This document shows positions 1 through 13,865 of a stretch of 64,000 nt of DNA, piece after piece. A program made the position numbers and the translations under genes. How positions within the stretch are numbered: the stretch's first letter is position 1; each line of letters opens with the position of its first letter. The DNA comes from Octopus vulgaris (Eukaryota), in assembly GCA_951406725.2 (NCBI GenBank), contig OX597818.1, positions 54,436,001 to 54,500,000 of the forward strand, in the 5' to 3' direction. A model generated the notes under the pieces. It did not search any database. It was not told where the DNA came from and saw only the letters and a program-made list of their open reading frames with translations.

Positions 1-16
1 ATATATATATATGTGT

Positions 17-498
17 ACGGCAAAAAATAAAATGAAGGCGATATACAATCAACAGACATCAATCAGCAAACATTCAATTATGTCTATTTATTAAATGATT
101 ACACACATATGCAAGAGGGATACAAATTAACGAATGGAAACAGTAAATAACTGCATAAACAAATATATATACAAACACACATATATATAAAATATAGAAA
201 CGAATGAATAATAAAAGATGGGTGTTGGTTGATGTCTTTCGATTGTATATCCCCTCCATTATCTTATTTGCCGTATAAATCCTGGGTAAATTCCTAATAT
301 ACCCACCTCCATACATAATACTCAATTGCGATATTGCTATGTAATAGCAAGCACTTGACCATAAATAATCGGATGCAAAATTTTGGTTTAATAGTTCTTT
401 TATTACTAAATTTCTTTTGTGAAAAATCTATCTGCAACTTTGACTGCTTGTTTCCTTCAAAATAATTTGAAAGTTTTCCTTCCGTCTTGTCCCACTTA
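17..498. repeat. Inverted copy of 61797-62280 (distal upstream region of caspase D)
   Basis: Near-identical reverse complement; the ORF-track peptides 74..325(-) and 62037..62222(+) are essentially the same. Confidence 0.9.
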
Positions 499-726
499 AT
501 CGACGTAATTTCATTGCGAACTTTTTGTTCAATGCGTCTAGTCTCGCAGATGTACATTTGAACACGAATGCACACACACGCACGCACGCACACACACACA
601 TACACACACATACACACACACACACATACACACACACACAAACACACACACATACACACAGACGTACACGACCTCCACACACATACATACTTACGCTCAT
701 ATCTATATACAAACCTATATACATAG

Positions 727-833
<107 letters not shown>

Positions 834-937
834 CATACATACATATATATATATACACATATATATATATACGTATATATATTAATAATATCAGTGTGAT
901 AAAGATTTTATTGCACGCCATTTCATATATATGCATA

Positions 938-1117
938 GGCGATTTTTTTCCCTGTCTTCCCTTCTTTGGATCTTTCCTTCTCCTATGTTTCAGACGAAGA
1001 ACTCCGCTCGAAACGCTAAACCCTCCTTCTTTCCTTCTTTCCTGAGCCTCCAATAATACTATATTTGTTCCACGTCCTTAGTTGTTGTGTTTTTTTGTAC
1101 TTTCTTGTTTGGATTAA
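938..1117 (+). mobile_element. Penelope 3' tail fragment with degenerate hammerhead (also 7870-8050 +, 43110-43282 +, 55390-55571 -, 58170-58355 -)
   Basis: c[a/c]gacga-agagc(tcc)gctc-GAAA-cg[c/t]t...agcg-TC consensus; same sequence as the tail of the 39-43 kb Penelope. Confidence 0.6.
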
Positions 1118-1634
1118 CTTTATATATAAATATAGTAGAAATAAAATATATGGAATGTGTAATAGACTATGTTGGGTACAATACATGTTTCGACCCGTTC
1201 AATGCCTCTTCAGGTACGTCTATAAAAAGTCTCACTACTTCCTTTACTTTCTCTTAACATTTACAACACTGATAGCAGATTACGTCATTTTCTCTAAACC
1301 AGAATGTATACTTCCCTAGTTCATATTTGAATTTTTTGCGTTTCAATAATTTTTCTCTGGTTTTACTCATTCTCGAATTTGGATATATAGCGATACGTAA
1401 GCCGACTCCAGAAATCTCTAATGAGACATTTTATTGATGCACCCGAAGAGACCCAGAACGGGTCCAAACATGTGTCTATTACACATTCCCTCTCCTATTT
1501 CATTAATGCTATTACCCCAACCGCCACTACGAAGTCCCTGCAGCAAATCTATGGATAACAAAAGGAAATCGAAAATGTAACGGTGCTTTACACATCATCC
1601 GCTTAAACATTTTGTACATTTTCTCCATTATTTA

Positions 1635-1713
<79 letters not shown>

Positions 1714-1725
1714 TGTATATATCTA

Positions 1726-1790
<65 letters not shown>

Positions 1791-1838
1791 GAATAAGTGA
1801 GCAAGAAGGAGTTGGATATAAACATATATATATGTATT

Positions 1839-1888
<50 letters not shown>

Positions 1889-1985
1889 CATATATATATA
1901 TATACATACATATATATACATATATATGTATATATATATACATATACATATATATATATATACATATATATACATGTATATATAA

Positions 1986-2020
<35 letters not shown>

Positions 2021-2346
2021 CATATATGTATGTATATATATATATATATACATACATACATACATATATATATATACATATATATATACATATATATACA
2101 TACATACATATACATATATACATATACATGTATAAGAAACAGGAAGGGATGAATTTCGATTATCCCTACGTGGTGGTTGTAATATAAACAAGAAATTAAA
2201 GATTCAAAATCCCCACACTTTACATAGGTTTAATATAATTTTTAATATATCTTATATCGTGTTTGTCAACCGGTTTAGGTTTTGCTAATCATGACATTAA
2301 AACTTATTAAGATACTTATTTTTTTCACAAATTTTTTTTGTCCATG

Positions 2347-2408
<62 letters not shown>

Positions 2409-2562
2409 TTGATTGTATTCCTATTTTATATGCATAGAATAATATGCTATATGTATGTTACTATAGTTATCATTTTACTCATTAATTAACATTTTAATGT
2501 CCTAAAGTTGATGAACCAAATATTGTGCTTCTCTATTTACTCTTTTGCAATATATTATATAT

Positions 2563-2634
<72 letters not shown>

Positions 2635-5251
2635 TATAACGGGAAGCTTTATGAAAATAGACAAAAGACGAAGGCAGGTGGAAAACAAACGAACAATTGT
2701 ATTAGTATGGCGCTACATATACATGTATAAGAAAAGAAAAGGAGGAATTTCGATTATCCCTACGTGTTGAGTTGTAATATAAACAAGAAATTAAAGAAGC
2801 AAAATCTCCACACTTTACATAGGTTTAATATAATTTTTAATATATCTTATATTATGTTTGTCAACCGGTTTAGGTTTTGCTAATCATGACATTAAAACTT
2901 ATTTAGATACCCATCTTTTTTCATTTTTTTTCTCCATGTGTGTGGAATTTGTGAATGATTCAAGAAGTAGAAATATATACGGTGAGGTAATTATTAATAT
3001 TGTGGATAAGAGAGATATTTGTTCATCTTTCGGTGGTGATGGGGAATTATACATATGCACAAAATTTCAAAAACTAGAGTTGTGGGAAGAAAAATGTACA
3101 GTGATGTGTATGTGACCATGAATTGAAATAGGTATAGAGATTAAAGTTTGTTATGCTTTCATATTTAGACGTGTTCTGTATTTTTCGATGATTGAATTTC
3201 CTTTACTTAAACGTCCTTGTATAGAAATTATACCTTTGCACTGGTAGAAGGGAAAAGCTGAAATTTGGTTTGGTGTTACCCGATGTGGATTTACCTTCTT
3301 TCATTTCTTGGATAACCGGGTGCAGAGCTCAATATACATCTGCATCATGACGAAGAGTTCGTCGAGTACAGAATTGCAAGAAGAAAATGAGATGACAAAA
3401 GAATAAAGAATTATCTTATGAACTGCAGAATCTTACAGTCGTTTCTGCTATCGGATGCAATGGAGTCATAGTTGAGTACCGGAATAACACCTTATAGCTT
3501 CATCGGAGAGAGCGAGGAAGGAAGAGAGTGAGTGAGAGAGAAAGAAAAATAGAAGGGGAGAGAGAGAGAGAGAGAGAGAGGTATGTTACATAAATACAGT
3601 GTGCGTTGCCAGATAAAAGTATGTGAATGTAGTCGTTTTGCTGGCTTGTTTTGACGGGTAGTTGGTGGCCACCTCGCTGCACTGGAGTGTTTTCTTTGAA
3701 TGTTTTCTCTTTTTCATTTTGAGGTGCAAATAAGTACTGTCTCGACTCCTAGGATTCACGTGTCGGGATTCCCGATTCCACAGACTTTCAGTAACCGAAA
3801 GCGCAACATTCGTCCTCAACAGGATTCAAGTCCGTCACAGGGTTACTCATTTACGACCGAGTGGACTGACACAATAAGAAATGAAGTGTTTTGCTCAATA
3901 ACACCACACACTGCCAGGTCCTAGAATAGAAACCATGATTTTGAACTCGTGGGTACAACTAACTAACCGCTTGGCCACGCACTCCCGCTCCAGTCTTTAT
4001 ATCTATCAAATATTCTCGTTTATTTAATATCGTATATCCACTGTATTCTCTGTTTTTACTTTTGAATCGATCAAGATATCAGAGGAAACATTCCACGGTT
4101 ACAATTTGGTCGAAGAGATTCCAGTCAAGAACTGAGGAATGGCTCTTAATTTCCAAGCCCTGCATGAATGTATCCTTGGACTTTATCTTAGCAGTGTAAA
4201 TAGAAACATTATTTCCAATCTCGTATTAGTCAGCAATGATATGTTGCGCAGCTGTTGTTAAATTTATCGCTAGTTCTTGAGCATGGTTCTTCAGCCTTGC
4301 AATTTTAACAAAGTCTTAGTCATCGTATTATTGGCAATCTTTGACTCTTGAATCGTAGCTCAATCTGCGCCTGCGACATTTGGTTGAAAAATTCTTTACC
4401 TTGCAGCCGGCGTAAGGTGTTGTTAATTAGGTAAATCAATCGGAAAAAAAAGTGAAATTGTTAACAGGTTATAAACGTAAGTGCAGCAGTGGTGACTGAG
4501 CATTCAAACAACTCTGAAATAACAGCCAACCGTGTTAAGAATTGATTGACCGTATAAAGCGAAGTAGTCTTAATAAAAAATAACGAAAACAGATGTTCAT
4601 GGTTACAATGTAATTTTATTATAAGTCCAATGGACAACAATTGAACAAGGAAATAATAGTTTCTGCCATTAATATTAAGAAGTAAAATAAACTTCCCAAT
4701 GTTATCAGTTCTCTGTCATATGTTACTGAATAAATTTTGATGAACATAAAAACAATCTTACAATCAAACAAAATAAGTTCTCAGAAAAGAACTGAAAACG
4801 GAGAAGTAGAAATATCAAGGTTATATATATATATGTGTGTGTGTGTGCGTTTGTGTGTGTGCCATTAGTATTAAGATTAAACCGAATTATCAATGTTATA
4901 CTTTTACAGCATTCTAATTATTTCAGCGAAAATGTTCGTAAAGACAAAGATTTAGTAAAGTAGTAGAGTTTAGTAAATTTCATGTTTTATCAGTGTTATA
5001 ATGGAAACTTTGCAATGTCGTGTTATCATCCTCAACAGTAGAAATGATAAGTTTACAAAGGACCGGCTGCAAGGCTCACTCTCAAATATTACAGGAAATA
5101 AATGTTGATGTACGCAAAAAATATTACTATTAAACGAAATACCAAGTTCTGACAACAGAACAGAAAACGGTGTAAAAAGCTTATGTATGTATGTATGTAT
5201 GTACGTATGTATGTATGTATGTATGTATGTATGTATGTATGTATGTATGTA

Positions 5252-5288
<37 letters not shown>

Positions 5289-5510
5289 ATGTATGTATGT
5301 ATGTATGTATGTATGTATGCATGCATGCATGCATGCATGTATGTATGTATGTATGTATGTATGAATGTATGTGTGCATGCATGTATGTATGTATGTGTGC
5401 ATGCATGGATACTTACATTAATAGTGGTAAATTATATGGTTATTGACGTCTTATCTATTTTCGGAATATTTGACATTAGAATTTTTTTCTTTTGCCTTTG
5501 TTTATAAGTT

Positions 5511-5588
<78 letters not shown>

Positions 5589-5612
5589 GAATTGAGGGCA
5601 GATTGGGAGAAC

Positions 5613-6503
5613 TTATGTTAAAGGAAGCTTTTTCCTGTAAAAGTATAATTCTTTTGTTAACATGCTGACTATGGAAGGAACTTGTTTCATTCCATTCATC
5701 TCTGAACCCCCAGCATTAGACTCATATTCATAGGCAACCCTACGATTTACCGAAAGCATTAAGTGTTGCAGTTCAAGTTGGGGTCCGTCTTTTTCCAAAA
5801 TGTGGGCTAACGACTGAATAAATCACGATCCATTAGTGGAACTTCTCCAGGAGTAAAATCCAGGGACAGTGGAATAAGCCAGAAGAATGTCGGCCCAAAC
5901 TGGTACTTTGTGAGGTGTGACTTTTTTATATATGTCTCTAGCATCGACGCTAGCTGCATCGAGCACATCTACACCGCTGTCCATTTTTGTTCCACGACAA
6001 GCTTGTATGAAGAATAGTTTTGGCTTACCTATTAAGCTCGGACATCTCTCACGAAGCAGCATCTCTACTAAAGTATCCAGCTTTACTTTGCCATCAGTGC
6101 CATAAATCTGATTATCGTCTTCACCGTGGGTCAATATAACACAAACGAAGCAGTTATACTTCGTATAGTCCATCCTGGATATATCCGTAAAGATATGCGT
6201 CATCGCATTCACTGATAAATTCTTGCGGTCGAACACCTTAAAATGCAATGACTTCAAAGTTTTTTTTAATTGCTGTTGCATCTCTGTCGGATCCTTGTCG
6301 TTTAGACATTTTAGTCGATTTTTCAAACTTTTCGTTATTTATTATTAAAGCCAGGTTCTCTTTGTTACGATCCATGTCATATCTGGCATTTACAGATTCG
6401 CTATTTTCTTCATGAGACACCATTTCAACATCTTGAGGTTGTGAATCGGGATCTCTCTCTTTAAAAATATACCTTCAACACGTTGTGCATCTACGTAGTC
6501 CAT
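5613..6503 (-). pseudogene. Effector caspase (caspase-3/7-like) copy A, intronless, disrupted
   Basis: ATG at 6503 (MDYVDAQRVEG). Pieces 6238-6423, 5823-6326 and 5613-5798 carry LIINN, ILTHG, FFIQACRG, YSWR and KQVP motifs. Lesions versus copy C: -1 nt in a T-run (~6463-6467), +1 nt in an A-run (6260-6267) and TGG->TGA at 5823-5825. The C-terminus extends to YRKKLPLT. Confidence 0.93.
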
Positions 6504-7635
6504 GGTTGAGCGGAATATCTATAAAGCAGCCGAAATGTAGCAGTACAACTTTAAGCCGTGAAATATTGTTGCAAAATTTGAGGAACGGAAAATAACGATA
6601 TATTACCTCGGTTTTTCCCTTTGTTCAGCTCAGAAATAGCGGTTAAATTGATCCTGATGTTGCGGATAACACATGCGATTATTCAAAAAAGTATTAATTA
6701 ATATAAGATAAGAATTTGTAGGATAAAAGATGTAGTTTGATGAACGTACTCCTGGGTTTAATCAATATTTAAATGCTGAGATCAGTTGATAATTAAGCAA
6801 ATGTCCACATAGAACTTGATAATAAAAAGACAGTCCGCTGAGTGTCAATTTCACTGACGATGGGCGTGATTCTACAAGAGTTACTCAACGCAAAACTACT
6901 TCTACGTCTTATTTATTTTCTATGCTATATATATGATATTATCTGTGATATATGTTATGCTTCAATAATCATGGTTACGCATGAAGCAATGAGAGATAAC
7001 AAAGAAGCTGTCTATGCAATTTCCAAGAAAGAAATAACACAAATATTTTCTGAGAAAACGATATGATAAATCATTGCTAGGTTTTTGTCCAGTCATATAA
7101 GGAAACTGAACACACACAAACACATTCTCACTTTAACAAAATGTGCCCACACAACTTGATAATAAAAAGGACACTCTGCTGAACGTCAATTTCACTGACT
7201 ATGGACGTGATTCTACAAAAGTCATTCAACACATGACAACTTCCGCATCATATTTAATTTATATATTGTGTGAACGTTATCATCTTACTTGTAAGAGATG
7301 TTATGCTTCAAAATTAATGGTTAAAAATGAACCAATGAAAAATGAACTACAGTTAGGACGACGCCGATGACAGAAAAGTTTTCTTTGTAATTTACACGGA
7401 AGAAATAACAAAAAGATATTTGTTACAAAACGACATATTATATTGCGAGCTTTTTGTTCAATGCGTCTAGCCTCGCAGATGTGCTTTTGAACACGAATAC
7501 ACACACGCACGCACGCACGCACGCACACACACACGCACAAACACACACACTTACACACACATACACACAGGCGTACACGACCTCCACACACATACATACT
7601 TACGCTCATACCTATATACAATCCTACATACATAG

Positions 7636-7672
<37 letters not shown>

Positions 7673-7772
7673 TGCATATACATGAAATGGTGTATATTAA
7701 AATCTTTATCACACTGATATTATTAATATATATACATATATATATATGTGTGTATATATATATATATGTATT

Positions 7773-7863
<91 letters not shown>

Positions 7864-8059
7864 ACATAAGCGATTTTTTCCCTCTGTCTCACCTTCTCTG
7901 GATCTTTCCGTCTCCTATGTTTCAGACGAAGTGCTACGCTCGAAACGTTAAACTCTCCTTCTTTCCTTCTTTCCTAAGCTTCCAATAATACTATATTTGT
8001 TCCACGTCCTCGCGTTGTTGTGTTTTTTTGTGCTTTCTTGTTTGGACTTTATATATATA

Positions 8060-8570
8060 TAGTATTAATAAAATATATGGAATGTGTAATAGACATTATT
8101 GGGTACAATACATGTTTCGACCCGTTCAGGGTCTCTTCAGGTACGTCTATAAAACGTCTCACTACTTCCTTTACTTTCTCTTAACAGTTACAACACTGAT
8201 AGCAGATTACGTCATTTTCTCTAAACCAGAATGTATACTTCCCAAGTTCATATTCGAATTTTTTGCGTTTCAATAATTTTTCTCTGGTTTTACTCATTCT
8301 CGAACTTGGACATATAGCGATACGTAAGCCGACTCAAGAAATCTCTGATGAGACATTTTATTGATGCACCCGAAGAGACCCAGAAAGGGTCGAAACACGT
8401 GTTGTACCCAATAAAGTCAATTACACATTCCCTCCCCTATTTTATTAATGCTATTACCCCAACCGCCACTACGAAGTCCCTGCAGTAAATCTATGGATAA
8501 CAAAAGGAAATCGAAAATGTAACGGTGCTTTACACATCATCCGCTTAAAAATTTTGTACATTTTCTCCAT
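8060..8570. mobile_element. ~500 bp Penelope-derived module with two outward-facing hammerheads (also ~1135-1630, ~16890-17400, ~57670-58160; half copy 55212-55370)
   Basis: Minus 8091-8150: atagac gtac-CTGAAGA-gaccc(tgaac)gggtc-GAAA-catgta-TT-gtac..gtctat. Plus 8361-8420: gcac-CCGAAGA-gaccc(agaaa)gggtc-GAAA-cacgtg-TT-gtac. Confidence 0.72.
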
Positions 8571-8580
8571 TATATACATG

Positions 8581-8669
<89 letters not shown>

Positions 8670-8774
8670 TATATGTATACACATATATATATAAAATAAC
8701 ATAAACAATTATTAGAAACAATTGTAGTGATTGTAAATAAATATCCAACTGTACACCTTCTTGCTGACTTATTC

Positions 8775-8821
<47 letters not shown>

Positions 8822-8884
8822 AGTCTGCAAGAAGGAGTACGGTTGGATATGTATATATATATATATGTATATATATATAAATGC

Positions 8885-9000
<116 letters not shown>

Positions 9001-9018
9001 GAAATATTAAAATTACTA

Positions 9019-9076
9019 AGTCTCTCTACATTGACAAGGGGAAAATACCCTGAAACGCGTCTGTAGCTGTCTGACT
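9019..9076 (+). ncRNA. Type I hammerhead ribozyme, U3-A8 core variant
   Basis: ctaca-TTGACAA-gggg(aaaata)ccct-GAAA-cgcg-TC-tgtag. Stem I is 5 bp plus a distal agtc/gact pair, stem II is 4 bp, stem III is palindromic, and the GUC cleavage site is at 9059-9061. Confidence 0.8.
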
Positions 9077-9270
9077 AGCAGTGTGAAGCGGCTGATCTCC
9101 CTTGTTCGAAGGTTCTAATGGACACAGTTTGTGTGTCATATAGCCATCTTAAAGCGATGGCCTCATGGAGCTAATCAGCAACAGCTTTTATTCTTATATC
9201 TATAAGATTGCCATATTAATATGGCAATAACAATTAATATATATATTTATATATTTATATATTGTTATAT

Positions 9271-9802
9271 TTATCCGTACAGGGGGTTCTACTAAAATGA
9301 TAGGTTCTACCAATTATAGATTTGATACGGATAACTATTGCACTGTATGTAGATTTAGCCCACAAACAAACTGTAAAGCCAGAAATGTAGTCTATAGTAT
9401 AAGATGTATAGAGGGACGATGCAGTAACAAGACAATAACATACGTAGGGGAAACGGCAAGAAGCATAGGAGAGCGGGTGAATGGACATTGGAGACAACTC
9501 AAGGAAGGTAAAAGTTCATCGATTCTGTACCAACACGCCGAACAGGAACACGGGGGATCAATCAATAACATAGAGATTAAGATATTGTCCACACATAGAA
9601 CAGATGCAACAAATAGACAAATTACAGAAGCTACACATATAATAGAAAATAAACCTAGCCTGAATAGAAAACTAGAATGGAGCAAGAGCACACACCACAA
9701 CATATGACGATAGAAGATCCTGAAAACATAATAAATACACAGATAAATAAACAAATAGAAATGAATAACTATATATATGTATATATATCTATGTATATGT
9801 GT

Positions 9803-9866
<64 letters not shown>

Positions 9867-9879
9867 GTATATGTGTATA

Positions 9880-9910
<31 letters not shown>

Positions 9911-10440
9911 TTTTTTTTTCGATTAGATTTATTTTTATTATTACTAATATTGTTGTTATACATACATACAAGCATATGTAATGATAATAATGGGTGGATG
10001 TAAACACATGAACAAAATTAGAACAAAAGCAACAACAACAAAAACAAAATACAAATTACAGGAATGTATATAAACAGAAGATACAAATATTACAGGCATC
10101 CCCCCACACACACTAAATAAACATAGACGCACATAGAGATATAAGCATGCGCAAATGAAGACATACAATAGAAATCCAAAATGGCTGACGGTTAGTAAGG
10201 AGAGACATAAATACGAAAAAAGAAAACAAAGGATCACTGATGCGGTCACAGGAGTGTGACGAAAGAACTCTGGCCGAAATAAGATTAAGATTAATGTAAG
10301 AAATAAATATCACTGAAGCAAAATAACACCAATTATATAGTGCGTGTGTTTTTATTGGCTAAACTGGTAATATGACCATTCCGAAATATAACAATATCTG
10401 TTTCAACACACGACTTCACATAAACAATCTTGCACAACAA
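9271..10440 (+). mobile_element. Penelope-like element, GIY-YIG 3' part (Naiad-like) with 3' UTR
   Basis: ORF 9297-9707: [11 protein letters not shown]...[27 protein letters not shown]. The clade call is an inference from motif style. Confidence 0.85.
10231..10275 (+). ncRNA. Degenerate hammerhead in the Naiad-like 3' UTR (copies at ~54181-54226 - and ~57349-57393 +)
   Basis: (g)ga[t/c]ca-CTGA[T/C]GC-g-gtcaca(ggag)tgtgac-GAAA-gaac-TC-tggcc; A9->C in all three copies. Confidence 0.6.
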
Positions 10441-10477
10441 ATATTTAAACATATATTTATATATATATACATATATA

Positions 10478-10578
<101 letters not shown>

Positions 10579-10853
10579 TGCTTGTATTCCTATTTTATAT
10601 GCATAGAATAATATGCTATATGTATGTTACTATAATTTTCATTTAATAAATAATTAAAATTTTAATGTCCTAAAGTTGATGAACCAACTATTGTCATTCT
10701 CTATTTTCTTATTTGCAATATATATAATACAATTGTTCGTTTGTTTTCCACCTGCCTTCGTCGTTTGTTTATTTTCATAAAGCCTCCCGTTATATATATA
10801 TATGTATATGCATAAATATATATACATACATATACATGTATATATTTATATAT

Positions 10854-10912
<59 letters not shown>

Positions 10913-11774
10913 CATACATATATATACATACATATATACATGTATAAGAAGAAGAAAGGAAGAATTTCCATTATCCCCACGTGGTGAGTTGTAATATAAA
11001 CAAAAAATTCAAGAAGCAAAATCCCCACACTTCACATAGGTTTGATATAATTTTTAATATATCTTATATTGTGTTTGTCAACCGGTTTCGCTTTCGCTAA
11101 TCATGACATTGAAACTTATTTAGATACTTCTACTCTTCAGAAAATTTTTTTGTTCATGTGTGTGGAATTTATGAATGATTCAAGAAGTAGAAAAATGTAC
11201 GGGGAGGTAATTATTAATATTGTGGACAGGGGAGATATTTGTTCATCTTTCGGTGGTGATGGGGAAATATATATATGCACAAAATTTCAAAAACTAGAGT
11301 AGTGGGAAGAAATATTTACAGTGATGTGTATGTGACCATGAATTGAAATATGTATAGAGATTAAAGTTGGTTATGCTTTCATATTTAGACGTGTTCTGTA
11401 TTTTTCGATGATTGTATTTCCTTTATTTAAACGTCCTAGTATAGAAATTGTATCTTTGCACTGGTAGAAGGGGAAAGCTGAAATTTGGTTTGGTGTACCC
11501 GATGTGGATTTACCTTCTTTCATTTCTTGGATAACCGGGTGCAGAGCTCAATATACATCTGCATCATGTCGAAGAGGTCGTTGAGTACAGAATTGCAAGA
11601 AGAAAATTACCTGACAAAAGAATAAAGAATTATCATTTGAACTGCAGAAACTCACAGTCGTTTCTGCTATCGGATGCAATGGAGTCATAGTTGAGTACCG
11701 GAATAACACCTTATAGCTTCATCGGAGAGAGCGAGGAAGGAAGAGAGTGAGTGAGAGAGAAAGAAAAATAGAAG

Positions 11775-11829
<55 letters not shown>

Positions 11830-13865
11830 GTTACATAAATACAGTGAGCGTTGCCAGATGAAAGTATGTGAATGTAGTCGTTTTGCTGGCTTGTTTTGAC
11901 GGGTAGTCGGTGGCCACCTCGCTGCACTGGAGTGTTTTCTTTGAATGTTTTCTCTTTTTCATTTTGAGGTGCAAATAAGTACTGTCTCGACTCCTAGGAT
12001 TCACGTGTCGGGATTCCCGATTCCACAGCCTTTCAGTAACCGAAAGCGCAACATTCGTCCTCAACAGGATTCAAGTCCGTCACAGTGTTACTCATTTACG
12101 ACCGAGTGGACTGACACAATAAGAAATGAAGTGTTTTTCTCAATAACACCACACACTGCCCGGTCCTAGAATAGAAACCATGATTTTGAACTCGTGGGTA
12201 CAACTAACTAACCGCTTGGCTACGCACTCCCGCTCCAGTCTTTATATCTATCAAAGATTCACTTTTATCTCGAGTTTTTCTTAATATCGTATATCCACTG
12301 TATTCTCTGTTTTTACTTTTGAATCGATCAAGATTTCAGAGGAAACATTCCACGGTTACAATTTGGTCGAAGAGATTCCAGTCAAGAACTGAGGAATGGC
12401 TCTTAATTTCCAAGCCCTGCATGAATTTATCCTGGGACATTATCTTAGCAGTGTAAATAGAAACATTATTTCCAATCTTGTATTAGTCAGCAATGATATG
12501 TTGCGCAGCTGTTGTTAAATTTATCGCTAGTTCTTGAGCATGGTTCTTCAGCCTTGCAATTTTAACAAAGTCTTATTCATCGTATTATTGGCTATCTTTG
12601 ACTCTTGAATCGTAGCTCAATCTGCGCCTGCGACATTTGGTTGAAAAATTCTTTACCTTGCAGCCGGCGTAAAGTGTTGTTAATTAGGTAAATCAATCGG
12701 AAAAAAAAGTGAAATTGTTAACAGGTTATAAACGTAAGTGCAGCAGTGGTGACTGGTGAGAAACTGAAGAAATGTCGATGTAGCAATCAAACAACTCTGA
12801 AAAAAACAGCCAACCGTGTTAAGAATTGATTGACCGTATAAAGCGAAGTAGTCTTAATAAAAAATAACGAAAAAAGATGTTCTTGGTTACAATGTAATTT
12901 TATTATAAGTCCACTGGACAACAATTGAACAAGGAAATAATAGTTTCTGCCATTAATATTAAGAAGTAAAATCAAATTACCAATGTTATCAGTTCTCTGT
13001 CATATGTTACTGAATAAATTTTGATGAACGTAAAAACAATATTACAATCAAACAAAATAAGTTCTCAGAAAAGAACTGGAAACGGAGAAGTAGAAATATC
13101 AAGGTTATATATATATATATGTGCTAGCGTGTGTGTGTGTGTGTGTTTGTTTGTGTGTGTGCCATTAGTATTAAGATTAAACAGAATTATCAATGTTATA
13201 CTTTTACAGCATTCTAATTATTTCAGCGAAAATGTTCGTAAAGACGAAGATTTATTAAAGTAGTAGAGTTTAGTAAATTTCATGTTTTATCAGTGTTATA
13301 ATGGAAACTTTGCAAAGTCGTGTTATCATCCTCAACAGTAGAATGATAAGTTTACAAAGGACCGGCTGCAAGGCTCACTCTCAAATATTACAGGAAATAA
13401 ATTTTGATGTACGCAAAAAATATTACTATTAAACGAAATACCAAGTTCTGACAACAGAACAGAAACGGGGAAAAAAGCTTATGTATGTATGTATGTACGT
13501 ATGTATGTATGTACGTACGTATGTATGTATGTATGTATGTATGTATGTATGTATGTATGTATGTATGTATGTATGTATGTATGTATACTTGCATGCATGT
13601 ATGTATGTATGTATGTATGTATGCATGTATACTTGCATGCATGCATTTATGTATGTATGTATGTATGTATGTATGTATGTATGTATGTGTTCATGCATGC
13701 ATACATATATTAATAGCGATAGAATATATGGTTATTGACATTTTGTCTTTTTTCGGCATTTTTGGCATTATAATTTTTTTTTGCCCTTGTTTATATGTTG
13801 CTTATATATATATATATATATATGAATTGAGGGGAGGTTGGGAGAACGTATATTAAACGAAGAAT

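Noticed and set aside
2858-3500. Conserved non-repetitive block downstream of each caspase as a second gene
   Set aside because: ORFs are short and break at different places in the three copies, with no recognisable motif. Similarity is explained by the segmental duplication.
5823-5825. TGA in caspase A as selenocysteine
   Set aside because: It aligns to a conserved Trp rather than Cys, and I saw no SECIS-like hairpin in the microsatellite-rich 3' flank.
8345-8351. CTGATGA here, and CTGAGGA at ~24151, as additional hammerhead cores
   Set aside because: No matching stem II-GAAA-stem III arrangement follows; the 8345 motif is CTAATGA in the other module copies.
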